Source of the DNA: Fonticula alba ATCC 38817
Taxonomy: Eukaryota; Protista; Nucleariida
Direction: 5' to 3' (one strand)
NCBI GenBank assembly: GCA_000388065.2
Contig: KB932203.1
DNA: 64,000 bases
In this document: positions 12,901-24,753 of the stretch, piece after piece
How positions within the stretch are numbered: position 1 is the stretch's first letter
Layout of the letters: each line of letters starts with the position of its first letter
Program-made: the position numbers and the translations under genes
The notes under the pieces: model-generated
Told to the model about the DNA's origin: nothing
Databases searched by the model: none
What the model saw: the letters and a program-made list of their open reading frames with translations, nothing else

Positions 12901-14645
12901 GGTTTCGGCCGGAAAGAGAAACTCCGGCTGATAGGGCGCCGCGGTGGGCACCCCGCCAGCGGCCGGGGCCCCGGGCAAGGAGGTCGCCCCCAGTGCACCT
13001 GCCGTGGCCATGGCCGCCGTGGTCATGGCCGGCGAGTCGGCCTTGCTGGTGGCCGGCCGCACTCGGGCCCGCAGGGGCCCGGAGTTCGACCGCTCCAACA
13101 GACTCGACCGGGAGCGCCAGTAGCTCTCCAGGGAGAAGCGATTGCCCGGGGCCGGTGGTGGTGTTGGCGGGGGGGGCGGCGGCGGGGCCGGCAGCGACGG
13201 CGGCGGCAGCGGCGACAAAGCCGAGCCCGGGCCCGGCGGGCTGTCACCCGCCGACCTCGGAGCCGGGCTGGCTTCGGTGAGGCCGGCCTCCGACGCGCCC
13301 GGCGACCGACCGGTGTCCATGCGCCCGAATGCGTCGGCCCCGAGGAAGAGAGCCAGAGCCTCGTCATACGAGGGCAGGGCCCGGGCCGCGCCGTCGGCCG
13401 GGTCGAAGTCATCATCATCATGGAAGCCCCGGTGCGCCGGGTCCAGGGGCCAGGGCAGGGCCGGGTCCTGCTGCGCCTGCAGGATGAGGCTGTGCAGGGG
13501 CCGCGGCTCTGGCCGAGTCGCATGCCGGCGTCGGTACCGCAGGGGGGGATAGTCGGCCGCCGGCGGCGGCGGCGGCCCGCCAGCCCGAGCAAAGTCCCCC
13601 ACCCGCAGCCGGGCCAATCGCCGCAGGGCCGACTGCAGGGCATCCACCGACTTGAAGGTGAATGCCTCGTGGATGAGCTGGCTCTGGTAGAAGGAGTAGT
13701 CCGCCAGCGACGGGGCAAACGGCCGGAAGGGGTAGGCCGGGTCTGGCGGGGCGGCGGCGGCGGCCGGGGCCCGGGGCTTGGGGTCGCCCCCGGCCGGGGT
13801 GGCCGTCGGGCCGGGGGCGGGGCTTGCCGCCGGGTCCGGCCCGGGCCCCGGCCCGGCACCCGCTCCGGGGGTCTCGGTGAACCAGCTAGCCGAGCAGGGG
13901 CTGATGCTCTGGGAGAGGGTGACGCTGGACTGGCAGTAAATCGCCGCAATGGGAACCACGGAGAAGGACCGGCCGGGGCCCGGGTCGCCGGGGTCGCCGG
14001 CCGGCGCGCCGCCCGCATCGGCCGCATGGTGGTACTGGATGACCACCCCCTGGGCGCACTGGGCACAGCAGACGGCCGACAAGTCCGCCTCGCACAGGAG
14101 GAAGGAGAGCATCTGCGAGATGAGCCCCGGCGGGGACCACGCCTGCGAGGCCCGGCTCAGCCCCGACAGGCAGCTCCCCGGGCACAGGGAAAAGAGCCCC
14201 GGGCAGACGAAGGCCCATGCGCGTAGCACCGCCGCCGGCAGGGGCCCCACCCCGTGCAGCACGGTGGCCTGGGCGCCGGACGGCGCGACAAAGACTGGCG
14301 CCCGGCCCCAGCCGGCGGGGCAGCGGCCCAACAGGAAGGCACCGAACAGCAACCCGGTCAGAGCGACGGCCCGATTGGAGGGAAGGCAGCGACCCGCCGG
14401 AAGGCATCCAACGTACCGGGCAAATTGTGGCACTGGTTGATCGGGTGCGCCGGGTCCATGGAGGACAGGGCGGTGGCGGCCGCGGCGGCGGCCATCCCGG
14501 TGCCCGGGGGGACCGAGCAGCCGACCAGTCGCGCCAGCGGCACCAAGTCCAGGCTGACCACTGGCGAGTGGACCACCACGCGGCTGACCGGCTGGTCGTA
14601 CCAGTCGCCACTCAGCCGAACAGCCGACAGGAGGCTGTCGTGTTG

Positions 14646-14682
<37 letters not shown>

Positions 14683-15000
14683 CCCCAGGGGGAGGGACGG
14701 GAGGTGAGTGGGGGGGGGGGGGCGGAAGCGAGAAGACTGGCACAAAAACAGGCGCAAAGGCAAGGGCGATCGGCCCGGGGCAAAAAGCAGGCCGGGTGCC
14801 TGTACCACGCCAGGCGGTGAGACGTGCCTGGAGGAGGAAGGCGAGTCCTGAGGGAAGGCAATGAAGTCGCCCAGCCGCACGCCGCCAATGAGGGTGGATA
14901 TCCGACTGCAGGGGGTGTGGCATGTGCCGGTGGGGGGGGGGGGTGCAGTCGGAGTGTCAGCTGCGCAGGGGGGCAGGGGCCGCGGCAGGCCGGGCCCCGC

Positions 15001-15033
<33 letters not shown>

Positions 15034-16250
15034 AGGCTCGACGCACCGGTCGGCAAAGTTGGTCAGGCTGTGTGACAGGCTGTTCATCAGGTCCAGGTCC
15101 AGCAGGGGATTGATGGTGCCACTGTCGACTGGTTGCACCGGCGATCGGCACACGCGAAGGAGGAGCCAGCCGGCGTCAGAACCGGAGCCGGGAAAGGGCC
15201 CCCCCCCCCCGCGGCGGGGGCAAAGGCGGGGGCGGAAGCTGGCAAGGGAAAGGGGCAAGCGCGCCTGCTGCACGTACGTCGAACCGAGGCCGGCAGGATG
15301 AGGCTCACCCGGTTGCCGGCGGCCAGCGCCAAACGGTAGGCCGGCTCGGCGGCGTCGCCCGGGCCCGAGGGCTCATCCTGCGTCCGGATGTCCAGGTGCG
15401 GCCCGAGGGTCAGGCCGTCGGCGGTGCGGCCGCAAAAAATCAGCAGGTCGATGTGGTGCGTGGCCGGGGCGGGGCCGGCGCCATCCTCGGCCCCGGCCGC
15501 CGGGGCCGGCGACGTGAAGGAACACACCACCCCCAAGTTGAGCAGGGTCAGGCCGAGCTTGACCGCCGGGCAGGCGAAGGACCCATCGCGCAGGTCGAAA
15601 AGCCGCGGCCGCCGGGGACCCACGCCGGTCCCCGCGCCCGGGCCCAGGGCAAAGCGCGCGCGGAACCAATCAAACGCATGCACGCGATCCTATTTGGCCC
15701 AGGCGCCCGGGGCGGGGGGGCGGGGGGGGGGAGGAGCGCCGAGGGGACGTGCAAATGCCAAGCGGCCCGGCGCACGGGGCGAGAGGGGAGGGAGGCGGGG
15801 GAGGGGCCGGACAAACGGTGAGGCTCGCGCCGCGGTGGGGGGCACAGATCGTGGCAGCAGATGCACATGGGGGGCGGCCGGCCGGCCGGCCGGTCGGACA
15901 GGCCGCCGGGCGACGCGCACCAGCGAGAAGGCGGCCACCGAGGCCGCGTCAGCTTGCAGGTGTGCCGAGAACCGGGAAAACCCATGCGGCAGGTGGAAGA
16001 TACGTTGGTCCGGCCGAGCGGCGCTGGCGGGGGCGCTGGCGCCGGCTGGCGACCCCGGCGTCGACGCCCCGACCCCCGAGGCGGCATGCTGTGGCGGGTG
16101 CTGCGTCGGCGGGGCCGCGCGGCCGGTCGGGTGCGCCTGCGCGGCCGCGGCCGGGGGTCCGGCCGCCACCGAGCGCGCCTGGGGGGCCGGGGCCGCCACC
16201 GAGCCCGGGCCCCCTCCGCCGGACGGGAAGTTCAACGGGATGGAGGCCAT
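6456..16250 (-). CDS. MED13: Mediator kinase-module subunit 13 (MED13/Ssn2)-like, divergent, many exons; true start may lie in the N gap above 16261
   Basis: Minus-strand exons chain from ~16250 to TGA at 6456. Colinear motifs versus MED13 as recalled: LMNSLSHSL..LIGGVRLGDFIAFP~[40 protein letters not shown]~VILCPFGLNGTL; ALRSLPFWEELGLMP~ALPYWERLMLEP; LVWAFVSGLL..FWRVVIFSEAGFPPEHLPAWLRCL~[44 protein letters not shown]~SILSACLVAM. Exon phases around 11900-12450 are uncertain. Confidence 0.72.
11975..12070. repeat. Purine-rich ~12-mer tandem repeat (GAGGAGGGAARA)n, intronic
   Basis: Repeated gaggagggaaaa/gaggagggaaga units. Confidence 0.8.
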
Positions 16251-17335
16251 CGACGGGACGGNNNNNNNNNNNNNNNNNNNNNNNNNNNNNNNNNNNNNNN
16301 NNNNNNNNNNNNNNNNNNNNNNNNNNNNNNNNNNNNNNNNNNNNNNNNNNNNNNNNNNNNNNNNNNNNNNNNNNNNNNNNNNNNNNNNNNNNNNNNNNNN
16401 NNNNNNNNNNNNNNNNNNNNNNNNNNNNNNNNNNNNNNNNNNNNNNNNNNNNNNNNNNNNNNNNNNNNNNNNNNNNNNNNNNNNNNNNNNNNNNNNNNNN
16501 NNNNNNNNNNNNNNNNNNNNNNNNNNNNNNNNNNNNNNNNNNNNNNNNNNNNNNNNNNNNNNNNNNNNNNNNNNNNNNNNNNNNNNNNNNNNNNNNNNNN
16601 NNNNNNNNNNNNNNNNNNNNNNNNNNNNNNNNCGGCCGCCGGGGGTCCGCACGCACCTCTCGCCGGATGAATCACCCAGCGTCCCCGCCCGCCGGCCGCT
16701 CGCCCTGGCGTGCATGTGCCGTTGTCCGTCCTTCTCCCCCCGGACCCCGACGCCCGAAGCCCGGAGCCCGCCGAGGGGCGGGGGAACCGCGGCCGCCGTC
16801 CGGGCTCTTTTTCCCACACTGCTGCCGGGAGCCAGCCCGGGGTGGCCGATCTGGGGGCGCCCGGTCCGGTGGCACCCGGGACGCCCCCGAGAAGCCATGC
16901 ACGATGGTGCCGATGGTCCGATCAGGCGCGCCGGGCGCGTGTCACGAGCACGCGTGATTGGCGCCCGCTTGGCGGCGTTTCCACCCTCCCCCGCCCGGGC
17001 CCTCGCCGGAGGGAGACGCCCCGGGCCGGCTGGGCGCCGCCGCGAGGCAACCACGGCGGCACACACACACACACACACACACATGGACGCACACACACAC
17101 ACACACGGACGCACGCACACACACGGACGCACACACACACACACACACACACACGGCGCGGGAAGGAGCCTGTCTATTTTTGTTTCTATTCCCCCCTCGC
17201 GTGGCGGGAAGATGGCCCGAAGGGTCGGCACTGGCCGGGTCCCCCTCGGCCATACGGCCGCTGGCCTGGGCGAGTGAGCGCGCGCCGGCGAGGAGCAGGG
17301 GATGGGGGGGGGGGGGCAAGGGGGAAGGCGCTTGC

Positions 17336-17890
17336 TCAGGAGGACGGCGCCGCGTCGGTGCCCACGGCGGCGTCGGCAGAGGAGGAGGCCGCGGCCGCCT
17401 GCAGGCGGCGCTCCTTCTCGCGCTCATACCGGTCGAGAGGCGACTCGCTGTAGTCGACGTCGGCCAGGGCGTCCGGGCGCTCGCCGAACTTGAACCACCG
17501 GTTGGCAATGTTGAAGGTGATCAGCCCGGACAGGCCGAAGCTCAGCACCAGAACCGAGGCCAGGGTCCGGCCGCGGTACTTGCGCCCGGCCGAGGTGCTC
17601 AGCGCCTCGGCGCGCTGCTGCTTCTGCGCCATGAGCTGCTCCAGGCGGAGGCGGTTGCGCTCGGCCTCGGTGAGGGCCGCCCGGTCGAGGGCCGCCGCGC
17701 CGTCCGGCATGTATGTCCGCAGGCCCTCCGGGCTGAAGGCCGACAGCCGGGGGATTTCGGCGGTCGGGGCCGCCGCGGGGGTGGCCGGGGCGGCGGCCGG
17801 GGCGGCGGCCGGGGCGGCGGCCGGGGTGCCACCTGGCGGGTTCTGCGACAGGGCCGCCAAGGATCGCGCGAAGGCGCCAGAGGAGAGCAT
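17336..17890 (-). CDS. Small hypothetical protein (~184 aa) with one predicted TM helix, possibly mitochondrial
   Basis: ATG 17890 to TGA 17336, with codon usage like the neighbouring genes. Ala/Pro N-terminus, a helical segment (LTEAERNRLRLEQLMAQKQQ), basic RKYRGR, a hydrophobic stretch (TLASVLVLSFGLSGLITFNI) and a charged tail. An acceptor-like ttttcgccag just upstream suggests a further 5' exon. Confidence 0.55.
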   Translation of the reverse strand: MLSSGAFARSLAALSQNPPGGTPAAAPAAAPAAAPATPAAAPTAEIPRLSAFSPEGLRTYMPDGAAALDRAALTEAERNRLRLEQLMAQKQQRAEALSTSAGRKYRGRTLASVLVLSFGLSGLITFNIANRWFKFGERPDALADVDYSESPLDRYEREKERRLQAAAASSSADAAVGTDAAPSS

Positions 17891-18402
17891 GGTGCTGGCG
17901 AAAAAAAAAGAAGGCGGATCGGGAAGGAGATGGAGGGGGGGGGGGAGGCGGGGATGCCCGGTCCCCCGGGACCCGGGCAAGATCGCGCCCCGGCGCCTCA
18001 TTTTTGGTGCGCATGTGCGGGCCGCAGGCCGGGGACGCGCGTCCGGGCACCCGTGTGTGCGCCCTCCCCGGCCCCCGGAGACCAGCAGTCCGGGCGCCGA
18101 CGCGCGCGTAATTTGCGAAGGGGGTCGCGTGGACCGTTGGCAGCGACACTGATCGGTGACCGCCCCCCCCGGTGGACAACCAAAACACATCCACACATCA
18201 ACACACCCACTCACACACCCGGCACAGAGTGAAGGGCCGATAGGCCGGGGCGGGGCCGCTCGGCCGCAGCCATCCCAGTCATCCTCCACATCCCCCCCCC
18301 CTTTTACCCTCTCCTGCCCCCTCCTTCCCCCCCCCCCCCCTCGGAAAAAAGCGGCACAAGCGACCGAGCGCAAAGAAGAAGAAGAAGAAGAAGAAGAACA
18401 AC
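17891..18402. promoter_or_regulatory. Putative bidirectional promoter region between the small TM gene and MMAA, with (GAA)n just 5' of the MMAA ATG
   Basis: Divergent ATGs at 17890 (-) and 18403 (+); gaagaa run at ~18374-18398. Inferred from gene geometry only. Confidence 0.4.
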
Positions 18403-20461
18403 ATGTCTCGCCTGTTGCGCTGTATGGCCACGTCCGCCGCCCGGCATGCGGCCGGCCGTCGATGCCCCGCGCCGGGGGTCCTCCCTGCGGGCCTGCTCCA
18501 GGCGCCCAGCCCGCCGGGGCTGCCGGCCGTGGCGATGCCGGGCTTGCTCCGCACGGCGCCGGTCGCCCGACTGTCCTCCTGTGCCCCGCCCGCGGGCGAC
18601 GCTCCGGCCCGCTGCTCGGCGACCGGGCTCCTGCTTGTGCCGGAGCCGGAGGAACGCGCGCGCATGGCCGCGGCGGCGGCCACCGCCGCCGGGCTGGACC
18701 CGGTGCAGACGGACTTCTTCCTGCGCCTGGCTGCCGGCGAGCGGGCCGCCCTGGCCCGTGTCATCACGCAGCTGGAGAGCTCGCGCCCGGTGGACCGCCA
18801 GCGGGCGCATGCCATTGTCGACGCGGCTGCGCGTCTCACACAAGAGGTGCGCGGCTTCCTTCCCCCTCCTCCGCGCGCGCGCGCGCGCGCGCTTTCTGCC
18901 CGCCGCTGACCGCCTGTCCTTTCCCTGCCTGCCGCGCCCCGCCTCTCGCCTTGACGATGCCATCGCGGAAGCTGCCGCCGGCCTTCCGCCTGGGCATCAG
19001 CGGTGCCCCGGGCGCCGGCAAGTCCACCCTGATCGAGGCCCTCGGCCTGCACATTGTCCGCCGTGGCCTGCGCCTGGCGGTCCTGGTGCGCGCTCCCCTT
19101 ACCTCGGCCCCTTGCCCCTTGCCGCTGCCGCTGGCCGGCCGTCGGCCAACATGCCGGCCTACTGACCTGCCCGGGCCCCCCGCGCATGCGTCCCCCTGCT
19201 CGGCTGGCCGGGCCAGGCCATCGACCCGTCCAGCCCGCGGCACGGCGGGTCCATCCTCGGCGACGCGACTCGCATGTCCGGCCTGTCGGCGCACCCGCTG
19301 GCCTATGTGCGGCCGAGCCCCACGCGCGGGGCCCTCGGCGGCCTCGGCCCGCGCACCTCCGACGCGGTGACCCTGTGCGAGGGTGCGTTTTGTGCCCTGC
19401 CCACCGGCCCCGGCCCCGGGCCCATACATATGCTGCCTCTGGCCCTGGCTAATGTGCAACATGCCTTTGACTCGCCCCGTGCGCGCCGGCCCCCAGCGGC
19501 CGGCTACGATGTGGTCCTCATCGAGACCGTGGGCGCCGGGCAGAATGAGGCCCATGCGGCCGACGCGGTGGATGTCCTGGCCATGGCCCTCGGCCCCGGG
19601 CATGGGGATCGCCTGCAGGCCCTCAAGCGCGGCCTGGCCGAGCTGTCGCACATCATCGTGGCCACCAAGGCCGACGGGCATCTGGCCACGGCGGCCATGG
19701 CGTCGGCTTCCGATGCGGCGGCTGCGCTGGAAATCTCCGGCCGGGTGGAGCGCCACGGGGCGTGCTCCGGGGCCGACATGGACGCCGGGCCGGCCGACGC
19801 CGGCCGGCCCTTCGACCCCCGGCCGCCGGTGGAGCCGCCCCTGCCGCCCATCGGCAGCCCGGAGGCCGGCTCCATTGTCCTGCCGCCGCTGCCGCTGCCC
19901 GGGGACCATTCCCCCTGGAAGCGCGTGCCCGTGGTCACGGTCTCCTCCGTGCGCTACCACTCGGACTATGCCTCGCGGCTGAGCGACAGCGACGGCGCGG
20001 CCGCCGCGCACGCGGCCGCCCAGCAGCCCGGCCCGGCCGGCCCCACGGCCGGCCCGCAGGTCAGCCCCCTGGATCGGCCCGGGACTTTCGCCGGGCCGCC
20101 GAAGAACCGCGTCGACGAGTTCGGCGTGGCCACCCCGTCGGCCGGCCTGTCCGACGCCGATGGCGGCATCTCCCGGCTGTGGAGTACCCTCGGCCAGCTG
20201 CGCGCCGAGCTGATGGTTCGCACCCCCCCCCCCCTCCCGGCGCTTGGCCCTCGCTGCCCCTCCTCCCACTGGCCCCGGCCGTGTGCCTCGCCGCCCGGCC
20301 GCCCCTTTGCCACTCACCGTGATCCCCCCCCCCCCGCCCCTTGCTTTCTCTTTTTTGTCGCCGCCTGCGCCACCGCAGGTTGGCCACCGCCTGGCCGAGC
20401 GCCGCGCGGCCCAGCGCGAGCGTGTCTTTTGGCGCGAGGTTGTCGACGGTGTCGTGCGCGA
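18403..20461 (+). CDS. MMAA: Methylmalonic aciduria type A protein / MeaB-ArgK GTPase (mitochondrial); 3' end lost in the N gap
   Basis: Exons 18403-18846, 18972-19085, 19217-19382, 19497-20215, 20379-20461, in phase. Arg-rich presequence. Motifs ERAALARVITQLES, RLGISGAPGAGKST, AIDPSS..GGSILGDATRM, YVRPSPTRG, GYDVVLIETVGAGQNE, GDRLQALKRG and TKADG. Confidence 0.94.
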
Positions 20462-21480
20462 GTGCGTTTTCCCTTCTCCCTCTGCTCGGTCGCCTTTCCC
20501 TGCCGCCGCTGCTCGGCCCCACACGGGCGCTCCCNNNNNNNNNNNNNNNNNNNNNNNNNNNNNNNNNNNNNNNNNNNNNNNNNNNNNNNNNNNNNNNNNN
20601 NNNNNNNNNNNNNNNNNNNNNNNNNNNNNNNNNNNNNNNNNNNNNNNNNNNNNNNNNNNNNNNNNNNNNNNNNNNNNNNNNNNNNNNNNNNNNNNNNNNN
20701 NNNNNNNNNNNNNNNNNNNNNNNNNNNNNNNNNNNNNNNNNNNNNNNNNNNNNNNNNNNNNNNNNNNNNNNNNNNNNNNNNNNNNNNNNNNNNNNNNNNN
20801 NNNNNNNNNNNNNNNNNNNNNNNNNNNNNNNNNNNNNNNNNNNNNNNNNNNNNNNNNNNNNNNNNNNNNNNNNNNNNNNNNNNNNNNNNNNNNNNNNNNN
20901 NNNNNNNNNNNNNNNNNNNNNNNNNNNNNNNNNNNNNNNNNNNNNNNNNNNNNNNNNNNNNNNNNNNNNNNNNNNNNNNNNNNNNNNNNNNNNNNNNNNN
21001 NNNNNNNNNNNNNNNNNNNNNNNNNNNNNNNNNNNNNNNNNNNNNNNNNNNNNNNNNNNNCGGGGGCTGGCCGCCGGCAAGCCGTGCGCGCATGGGGGGG
21101 GCGCGCCGTGGGCGGGCCGGGGGCGGGCCGGGGGCGGGGCGCATGCGCCGGGCGCGGTTTCCTCCGTGTCCGAGGGAGGGACGCCAATCCATACACACCG
21201 GCCTTGGCGGCAGGATGGCCCATGCGAAAAGCATGCCCGGAACCCGGGGCGTAGCCGGCCAGGTTGCGCGCGCGGCACTCCCCCCCCTCCCTCCCTCCCT
21301 CCCCCTGCCTCGCGCCTTCCCCCTCGGACCTCCTCCCTGCTCGCTCGCTGTTCCGCCTGCCCGCCCGCCTCGCCGGCTTTGTTGCTCTCGCGCGCGCGCG
21401 CCGCGCCTGTCCCCCCTCCGCTCGCCCCTCCCGCGTGGTCCATCCCCCTTGGCCTTCCTCCGTCAGAGGCGCACGCGCGC

Positions 21481-24400
21481 ATGAACGCCACGCGGCCGTT
21501 CTTTGGCGGCCCCGCCGGCGGCGTCAATCAGGCCGTGGCGATGGTGGCCGGCCCCCGGGCAGCCGGTCCCCGGCCGGGTAGTCCCTTTGGCTCTGGGGCC
21601 TCGTCCCTTTCGGCCGGACCCGGGACCGGTGCCGAGCCGTCGCCCTTCTCCCCAAGCAATGCGGCCATCGCGGCGGTAAGCTCCGGTCCGGCTGCCTTCG
21701 GGGCCTTCGGCTCGGCGCCGCAAGCCCCGGCCGCGGCTCTGCCAGGCAGCTCGACCGGCCCGCCGGCCATGGTCCCCGCCCCGGCAGCCACGCAGGCCCC
21801 CCCGTCCTCATCGCCTCCCCCCCCGGTCCAACGGGTGCAACTCCACTTCCAGCGTGCGCCCCTCGCCGATTGTCCTCGGTTCTGATGCGCCCCCGCTCCG
21901 GTCAGCCGTCGCCCGCAGCTCACCCTCCTTCTTCCCCCCCCGCCTGCTTGCGCACACATGGCCACACACGCACGCACGCACGCACGTAATCCAGCCAGAA
22001 GCCCGAGCCTTCCCGCTCCTGCCGTTGCTCCGGCAGTCAGTTCGCCCACCGGGACTCCTGCTGCTGCTGCTGCCGCCCCTGCTGCTTCTCTCAGGCCGGG
22101 CGCCACTGCATCGCCGGCGGCCACCACCTCATCACAGCGGATCCCACCGCCAGCCTTGCCCCACCGGCACCCGACTTCGGGCCGGCCGGCGGCCACCGAC
22201 GGCATGGCCGGCCTTTCGCTGGAGCAGATGCCGCAGCTCAGTAACTTCGAGATCCCGGTGCGCCCTCGGCCTGGCTCCTCCTTTTGACCCTTGCCACCGC
22301 CAGACGCGCCCTCGCTGACCCCCTGCCGCCGGGCGGTTGGCCCTCGCCCCCCCCCCCTCCGCCCCCCCCGAAGCTGGCCCTCTTCTCGCCGGCCGGGCAG
22401 CTCAACGCCCGGACATACGACCAGGCCATGGAGACCTACTCCCGGTCGGCGGCCGGGAAGGTGAGCTGCGACCCGCGCACCCTGCGCGGGCTGGCCCTCT
22501 CGGCCGATTATCTGTCCTCGTGCGTGGTGGATCTGCCGGTCACCGTGCGTCCAGGCCAGCAGCAGGAGCTCCTGATCAACGGGCCGGCCGGCCCGCTGGA
22601 GCACCTGCCTCCGGCCGATGACCTGGCCATCACGGCCCGCTCGCTGCCCTTCAACATGGCGGCCCCGGGCAACCCGTACCTCCCGCCGGGGACCCCCCCG
22701 GCCGAGGTGGACTCCCTGCTGGCCCGGTGCAACTTCTACCTGGTGGAGTTCCTGGACTATGTGTTCTATCGCGTCCGGGCCCTGGTCAATGCCCTCATCC
22801 ACACGCAGGTGCCCTGCACCAACTGCCCGCCCGGCGGGGGCTCCTCCCTGGCTCAGACCCGGGGCAGCCTGGCCGTCACCATCCCGGCCCTCGAACGGGC
22901 CACCCGCATCCTGGTCCTGGTGTTCCACCTGTCGCAGACGCCCTCCATCGAGCCGACCCTGACGGCCGACCGGTCCAAGATCAATTCCGTGCGTCTGGGC
23001 CCTCCCCCCCCCCCCCCCCCACCCCCCCTTCCCCGCTCGCGCCCCGGCCCGCCCCGGGGGCTGCGCGTGCCCGTGCTGCGCGGCCCGCTGGCGCTGACAT
23101 TCCCCCCTCCCCTGGCCCCAGCTCCTGTCCTCCTCGCTGGCGCAGCTGGACGACTGGTATGCCGCCTACCGGACGCTGGTCAGTGGCGAGGGCCGTGTGG
23201 CGGCCGATGACGACCCGCTGCTCCGCTGTGAGGGCGAGTTCAAGGCCCTTCTGATCCTCTACGGCCTGCCCGATGTACGTTTGCCTCCCTGCCCACCCGC
23301 TGGCCGGCTCGGCTGCGAGCGCCGCCCCCTGCCACCGCGCCCCTGACCCTGATTCCGCGCATGTGCCGGCATTGCTCCTGTCTATGGGGTCTACCGCTCG
23401 CCAGAACATCATCCCCCTGGTGCCGGATCGGCTGCTTTCCCACCCGCTGGTCAAGCGGTCCATTGCCTTCACCTACGCCCAGGCGGCCGGCGATGCGGCT
23501 TCCATGCTCAACCACTTCCGCGCGGCGCCCTACTTCCAGGCGGTGCTGATGATGCGTGTACGTTGCCCCGCCTGCTCGTGGCTCTTCTTCGCCTGCTCGT
23601 GGCTCTTCTTCGCCTGCTCCTCTCCCATTTGCCACCCTCCCGTCTCGCTTGTCACTTTGTCCCTCCGGCTCCCCCTTTTTTTGTCGCCCTCGGCTGACCT
23701 GCTGGCCCCTGCCCGGCCCCTCCCCGGCTTGGCGCGGCCAGTTCCTGCCACGCGCGCGCTTCGACCACCTGCGCACCCTCAGCCACTTCCTCAGCCGCTG
23801 TCGCAGCAACGGTCCGAGTGACGTCGCCATCAATACCACCTCCCCCCTGCCGAGCTTCTACGGCCAGCAGCCCGCCCCCAAGGTGACCCTCATTCCGGTG
23901 GAGGTGCTGGCCGGGTTCTACTGCTTCGCCAGCCCGGCCGAGTGCTGCCACTTCCTGGCCACTCTCGGCTACACCATTCGGCGGGTTTCCCCGGCGGACG
24001 CCAGTGCCATGACCCTGCCGGCCATCATCCCGGCGGACTTCCTCCCGGCCACGTATTCCGGCTTGGTGGCGGAAATCCCCCAGCTGCAGGTTGTTTATAC
24101 CCCAGGTCCGTGCCATGGGCCGTTCTCTGCAACTTGCGCCCAGTACCCGCATGCGCCGCCCCGCCCCCCCCCCGCCCCGCGGGCGACAGTCCTCCACCGG
24201 CCTCATCTCTGACTTGACCCCGGTCCTGCTCGCATCTGCCAGGCCCCACTCTGGCCAATATGAGGTCCTGGCACACCTCGACCACCATGGGCCTGCTCCA
24301 GGCCCAGCCGCTGTCGGTGCTGATCGAGGGCCAGTCCATCCGGTCGCTGCCGGTCGCCCCGCCGGCCATCGACGATCCGACCATCCGGCCGGAGCCCTAT

Positions 24401-24699
24401 GTCCCGGCGTCGGAAAATGCCCCCAGGCCCGAGCGTGCCAGCAGGTCCCGCCGCTTGGGGGGGCTCACTCTGCCGGACGGGGACCCGCCCGGCGGCGGTG
24501 CGGCCCTGGCAGGCGCCTCCGCCACCGGGCCCGCGCCCCCGGCCGCCAACGTGCGCACCCTGTCCCAAAAGTTCCGCCAGCAAATCCCGCCACACGCTGG
24601 GTCATCGGCAGGCACCGTGTCGTCGCGCCGGGAGCCCGCCTCTACCTCGACCACCGGGGCCCAGCCGCCGGCCCCCTTCAGCCCGGGTGACACGCCGTT

Positions 24700-24753
<54 letters not shown>

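Noticed and set aside
6456-16250. SPG11 or SPG15 next to AP5Z1 as an AP-5 gene cluster
   Set aside because: The motifs fit MED13 colinearly; no FYVE or spatacsin signatures were seen.
21061-21240. Final MMAA exon just after the N gap (frame reading GLAAG)
   Set aside because: Only a 4-residue resemblance to the MMAA C-terminus, and no visible acceptor because of the gap.
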